NCBI GenBank assembly: GCA_035638075.1
Contig: DASRAU010000021.1
Span: forward strand, 73,230-137,229
From: Verrucomicrobiia bacterium
Lineage (GTDB): Bacteria > Acidobacteriota > Polarisedimenticolia > Gp22-AA2
Reading direction: 5' to 3'
DNA length: 64,000 bases
Positions 60,528-64,000 of this stretch are shown in pieces. The notes below the pieces were generated by a model that was not told where the DNA came from, did no database searches, and saw only the letters and a list, made by a program, of their open reading frames with translations. Position 1 is the stretch's first letter; each line of letters starts with the position of its first letter. A program made the translations under genes and the position numbers.

Positions 60528-62354
60528 ATGGTTCCTGACGCAACGCGATCGGGCAGCCGGATCGCACTCCGCGCACTCGCCCTGGCGTCGTCGTTCGTTT
60601 TCGCAGTCGCCGCCGCCTCGCCGCTGCACGCCGAAGAGCGCAAGCACTCCTGGGAAGTCGGCGGCTTCGGCGGCGCCACCATCTTCGGCCACGAGCTCGA
60701 GCTCAGCAACGAGTTCGACTACGGTCTGCGCGCGGGCTGGTACCTCGCGCCAACCTACGAGCTGGAGTTGCAGTACTACAAGACCGACTCCGCGACGATT
60801 CAGGGTGAGGACAGCACTCTGATCACCGACAAATCGGTGACCGCCGCCCACCCGGACCTCACCTGGGATGCCACCGCGTACACCCTCCGCTTCATCATCA
60901 ACCCGCGCAACGATCGCCGCCGCTTCAAGCCGTATGCGCAATTCGGCGCCGGCCAGATGAACTGGAGTCCCAGCCCGTCCCTGACCAAGGCGGAGACCGG
61001 GGACACCGACGCGTGGATCGTCTCCCTCGGCGCCGGTGCGCACTACCGCTTCGGCGCCTACACGCAGTTCCGCGTCGAGTTCGAGGACCTGTACGCGGTC
61101 GCCGAGGTCACCAACAACTTCCACCTCAACTTCGGGCTGTCCTGGGTCTTCGGCGGCGGCAAGCCGGCCGACAGCGATGGCGACGGGGTCCTCGATCTGA
61201 AGGACCGCTGCCCCGACACGCCGAAAGGCGCCCTCGTGGACAAGCACGACGGCTGCCCGTGGGACATTGACCGCGACGGGGTGATGGAAGGCGTGGACCA
61301 GTGCGCCGCCACCCCGGCGGGCTGGCCCGTGGACGATAAGGGCTGCCCGCTCGACTCCGACGGCGACGCGGTTCCGGACGGCCTCGACAAGTGCCCCGAC
61401 ACCGTCAAGGCGGCGGTCGTGGACGCCAACGGTTGCCCCGCCGACGCCGACAAGGACGGCATCTTTGACGGCCTGGATCGCTGCCCCGGCACGCCGCAGG
61501 GCGCCATCGTCGACCCGGCCGACAGCCCGACGGCGGGCTGCCCGCACGACGCCGACAACGACGGCATCTTCGACGGCCTCGACCAGTGCCCGCTCACCCC
61601 GGTCGGCGCCCTCGCCGACGAGAAGGGCTGCCCGAAGGACAGCGACGGTGACAAGGTCCTCGACGGGCTCGACCAGTGCCCCGACTCGGCCAAGGGATCG
61701 AAGATCGACAAGGAAGGCTGCCCGCGCGTGCGGCTCGACAAGACCGAGCCGCAGCTCGTCCCGAACGTCAAGTTCCACGGCATGGAGCTGTACCCGGGCA
61801 GCGACGCGTGGCTGCAGCTGCTCGTCGAGGCGGCGAACTACTGGAGCGACGTCGTCTTCGAGGTCGGCGTGTACACCGACAACGAGGGCGGCATCGCCGC
61901 GAACCGCGCCGCGGCCCAGCGCCGCGCCGAGGTCCTGCGCGCCTGGCTCGTCAACCAGGGCATCCCGGATCGCCGCTTCGTCGTCAAGGCCTACGGCCCG
62001 GTCAACTTCGTCGCCGACAACAGCACCGAGGAAGGCCGCGACAAGAACCGCCGCATCGAGGTCAAGCGCCTGTCCGGCGACGTCCGCAAGCATCCGAAGC
62101 CCGAGCCCGAGCCCGAGGCCCCGCCGCAGCCCCCGCCCGCCGCCGCCGAGCCACCGCCGTCGACGCCGCCCGCTGCGACTCCGCCCACGACTCCGCCCGC
62201 GGACACGCCGCCGCCTCCGCCTCCCTCCGGCGGCGACGCAAAGCCCCCTGCCGCGGATCCCGCCCCTGCTCCGGCCCCCGGCGGCGATGCTCCCGCCAAC
62301 CCTCCAGCGACGCCCCCGACCACCGACCCCGCCAAGCCCCCCTCCAGCCGCTAG
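60528..62354 (+). CDS. OmpA-family outer-membrane protein: N-terminal beta-barrel, seven thrombospondin type-3 (TSP3) Ca-binding repeats, OmpA/MotB peptidoglycan-binding domain, Pro-rich C-terminal tail
   Basis: Signal peptide. Beta-barrel strands with aromatic ends. Repeats D-x-D-x-D-G-x-x-D-x-x-D-x-CP (DSDGDGVLDLKDRCPDTPKG ...). OmpA box NRRIEVKRL. Tail PEPEPEAPPQPPPAAAEPPPSTPP. Confidence 0.8.
   Translation: MVPDATRSGSRIALRALALASSFVFAVAAASPLHAEERKHSWEVGGFGGATIFGHELELSNEFDYGLRAGWYLAPTYELELQYYKTDSATIQGEDSTLITDKSVTAAHPDLTWDATAYTLRFIINPRNDRRRFKPYAQFGAGQMNWSPSPSLTKAETGDTDAWIVSLGAGAHYRFGAYTQFRVEFEDLYAVAEVTNNFHLNFGLSWVFGGGKPADSDGDGVLDLKDRCPDTPKGALVDKHDGCPWDIDRDGVMEGVDQCAATPAGWPVDDKGCPLDSDGDAVPDGLDKCPDTVKAAVVDANGCPADADKDGIFDGLDRCPGTPQGAIVDPADSPTAGCPHDADNDGIFDGLDQCPLTPVGALADEKGCPKDSDGDKVLDGLDQCPDSAKGSKIDKEGCPRVRLDKTEPQLVPNVKFHGMELYPGSDAWLQLLVEAANYWSDVVFEVGVYTDNEGGIAANRAAAQRRAEVLRAWLVNQGIPDRRFVVKAYGPVNFVADNSTEEGRDKNRRIEVKRLSGDVRKHPKPEPEPEAPPQPPPAAAEPPPSTPPAATPPTTPPADTPPPPPPSGGDAKPPAADPAPAPAPGGDAPANPPATPPTTDPAKPPSSR
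61170..61730 (+). repeat. Intragenic tandem repeats encoding seven TSP3 motifs
   Basis: Recurrent gacggcgac...ggcctcgac...tgccccgacac units seen in the DNA and in the translation. Confidence 0.6.
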
Positions 62355-62541
62355 CAACGACTCTCTCGACCAACACTCGCTCCGATTGAACGCTCGGGAT
62401 ACGAGTGCGCCGATTCGTGACGCCGATAGTTGGCAATAGGGATGGTCGTGACGAGCACGGCCATGAATACGAGCGGCGGTTGGCGGGTGAGAGGGAACCG
62501 GAACGACCCACGGGGTCGTTCCATATCAGGGGAGGGCTCGC

Positions 62542-62596
62542 GCAGCGTGGCCGGACCCGTCCCCGGCGGGGTCGATTCCTGTTCCCTCTGAGGCGG
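62542..62596. repeat. Copy 2 of the 55-nt conserved intergenic element (see 2576-2630)
   Basis: 54/55 nt identical to copy 1, same orientation. It lies 86 nt upstream of the oligopeptidase B start. Confidence 0.6.
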
Positions 62597-62681
62597 CGGC
62601 TGAGGAGCGCTCTGGGCGCGGCCCGAAGGCTGGGCCGAGGATCGTAGTAGGATGCCGAATCCATACCTTGAGGAGAGAGCC

Positions 62682-64000
62682 ATGATCCGTCGAGTCACGA
62701 TGCCGCTTGCGGCGACTTTCCTGCTGGCCGCCGCTCCCGCCCTCGCCGCCGACGCGACCCGCGAGGTCGAGCCGAAGCCGCCGGTGGCGGCGAAGAAGCC
62801 GCACGACGTCGTGTCGCCGAACGGCACGCGGAACGACGTCTACTACTGGCTGCGCGACGACACCCGCTCGAAGCCGGACGTCCTCGACTACCTCAAGGAC
62901 GAGAATGCCTACTACGCCGCCGAGAGCGCCGCGTACAAGGACCTGACCGACAAGCTGGCGAAGGAGATCACCGGGCGGCTCAAGCAGGACGACAGCAGCG
63001 TCCCGGCGAAGTGGAAGGACTACATCTATTACCAGCGCTACGAGCCCGGCAAGGAGTATCCGATCCAGGCGCGGCACGCGGTCGGCTCCGACAAGGAGCA
63101 GGTCCTCGTCGACGGCAACAAGCAGGCGGAGGGGAAGGCGTTCTACGCTCTCGGCCGCCGCGCCATCAGCCCGAACCAGATGCTGGCCGCCTACCTCGAG
63201 GACACGACCGGCCGCCGCCAGTACACCCTGAAGGTGCGGGAGATCGCGACCGGCAAGGACCGGCCCGAGAGCATCAAGGGGCTCAGCCCGGTCGCTGTCT
63301 GGGCCAACGACAACAAGACGATCTTCTACGTCGAGAACGATCCGACGACGCTCCTGTCGACGCGCGTCAAGCGGCACGTGCTCGGGACCGACCCGAAGAC
63401 CGACACGCTGGTCTACGAGGAGAAGGATCACACCTATTACCTCGGGATCGGCAAGTCGGGAGACGACAAGTTCGTCATCATCCATCTGCACACCACCACG
63501 GCCGACGAGATGCTGTTCATCGACGCCGCCGAGCCGACCGCGGCGCCGAAGCCGCTCGCGAAGCGCACGAAGGATCTCCTCTACGGCGCCGACCACATCG
63601 CCGGCCGCTGGATCATCCGCACCAACCTGAACGCGCCCAACTACAAGGTGATGGCGGTCGCCGACCGTGACGTGACCGGCGGCACCGACAAGTGGAGCGA
63701 CGTCCTGCCGTACGACAAGGACGTCTTCATCGAGGACTTCGCGCTGTTCCGTGACTACCTCGTCATCAATGAACGCAGCGAGGGCCTGCTGCGCCTGCGC
63801 GTGCGTCCGTGGGCCGACCTCGCCAAATCGACCGTCATCCGCTCCGACGAGCCGGCGTACGCCGAGGAGATCGACGTCAACCTCGAGCAGGACACCGATC
63901 TCCTGCGCTACACGCACGACTCGCTGGTCACGCCGACGCGCACGTACGAAACCAACATGAAGACGGGGGAGCGCAAGCTCCTGAAGGAGCAGCCGGTCCT
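62682..64000 (+). CDS. ptrB: Oligopeptidase B / S9A prolyl-oligopeptidase-family protease, 3'-truncated by the window edge
   Basis: RBS GAGGAG. Signal peptide. Collinear with E. coli PtrB N-terminal propeller region (DVYYWLRDDTRSKPDVLDYLKDENAYY ... LVYEEKDHTYYLGIGKS ... TNMKTGERKLLKEQPV). Confidence 0.8.
   Translation, partial: MIRRVTMPLAATFLLAAAPALAADATREVEPKPPVAAKKPHDVVSPNGTRNDVYYWLRDDTRSKPDVLDYLKDENAYYAAESAAYKDLTDKLAKEITGRLKQDDSSVPAKWKDYIYYQRYEPGKEYPIQARHAVGSDKEQVLVDGNKQAEGKAFYALGRRAISPNQMLAAYLEDTTGRRQYTLKVREIATGKDRPESIKGLSPVAVWANDNKTIFYVENDPTTLLSTRVKRHVLGTDPKTDTLVYEEKDHTYYLGIGKSGDDKFVIIHLHTTTADEMLFIDAAEPTAAPKPLAKRTKDLLYGADHIAGRWIIRTNLNAPNYKVMAVADRDVTGGTDKWSDVLPYDKDVFIEDFALFRDYLVINERSEGLLRLRVRPWADLAKSTVIRSDEPAYAEEIDVNLEQDTDLLRYTHDSLVTPTRTYETNMKTGERKLLKEQPV

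Overview
This is a high-GC (about 70%) bacterial chromosomal segment with no rRNA, tRNA or CRISPR. Two protein-level signatures suggest an Acidobacteriota-like lineage: a secreted protein carrying the 'VWFA-related acidobacterial domain' motif, and a TIGR02999-type ECF sigma factor placed directly upstream of a TPR-containing Ser/Thr kinase. Housekeeping genes (typA, aroA, ftsEX, gatB, gpsA, ligA) are interspersed with an unusually dense set of secreted or outer-membrane proteases and signalling genes. Nearly all minus-strand gene strings are joined by 4-nt ATGA/GTGA stop-start overlaps, implying long translationally coupled operons. The most interesting candidates are these:
1. A coupled minus-strand string czcR-czcS / chorismate-mutase-DAHP synthase / cmoA / membrane ICMT-like methyltransferase / czcCBA, which places a prephenate source, carboxy-SAM synthase and a membrane methyltransferase inside a heavy-metal efflux module.
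2. A single ORF fusing a CheY-like receiver domain, via a TM segment, to a periplasmic DegP/HtrA protease. A perfect sigma-54 promoter (TGGCAC-N5-TTGC) sits just upstream, and a sensor-kinase / ligA / NtrC-type activator operon sits next to it.
3. An NtrC-type regulator coupled to fadA, fadB, an acyl-CoA dehydrogenase and a zinc-ribbon Ser/Thr kinase with a polytopic C-terminus.
4. Two large multidomain secreted proteins: gluzincin + TolB-like propeller + Omp85 barrel, and YVTN propeller + di-haem cytochrome c peroxidase-like.
5. A 55-nt sequence present twice (2576-2630 and 62542-62596, one mismatch) in 5'-leader-like positions.
6. An IS1-like transposase separating the sigma/kinase module from the czc module.
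All calls rest on reading the translated ORFs and the DNA by eye; no database search was possible.
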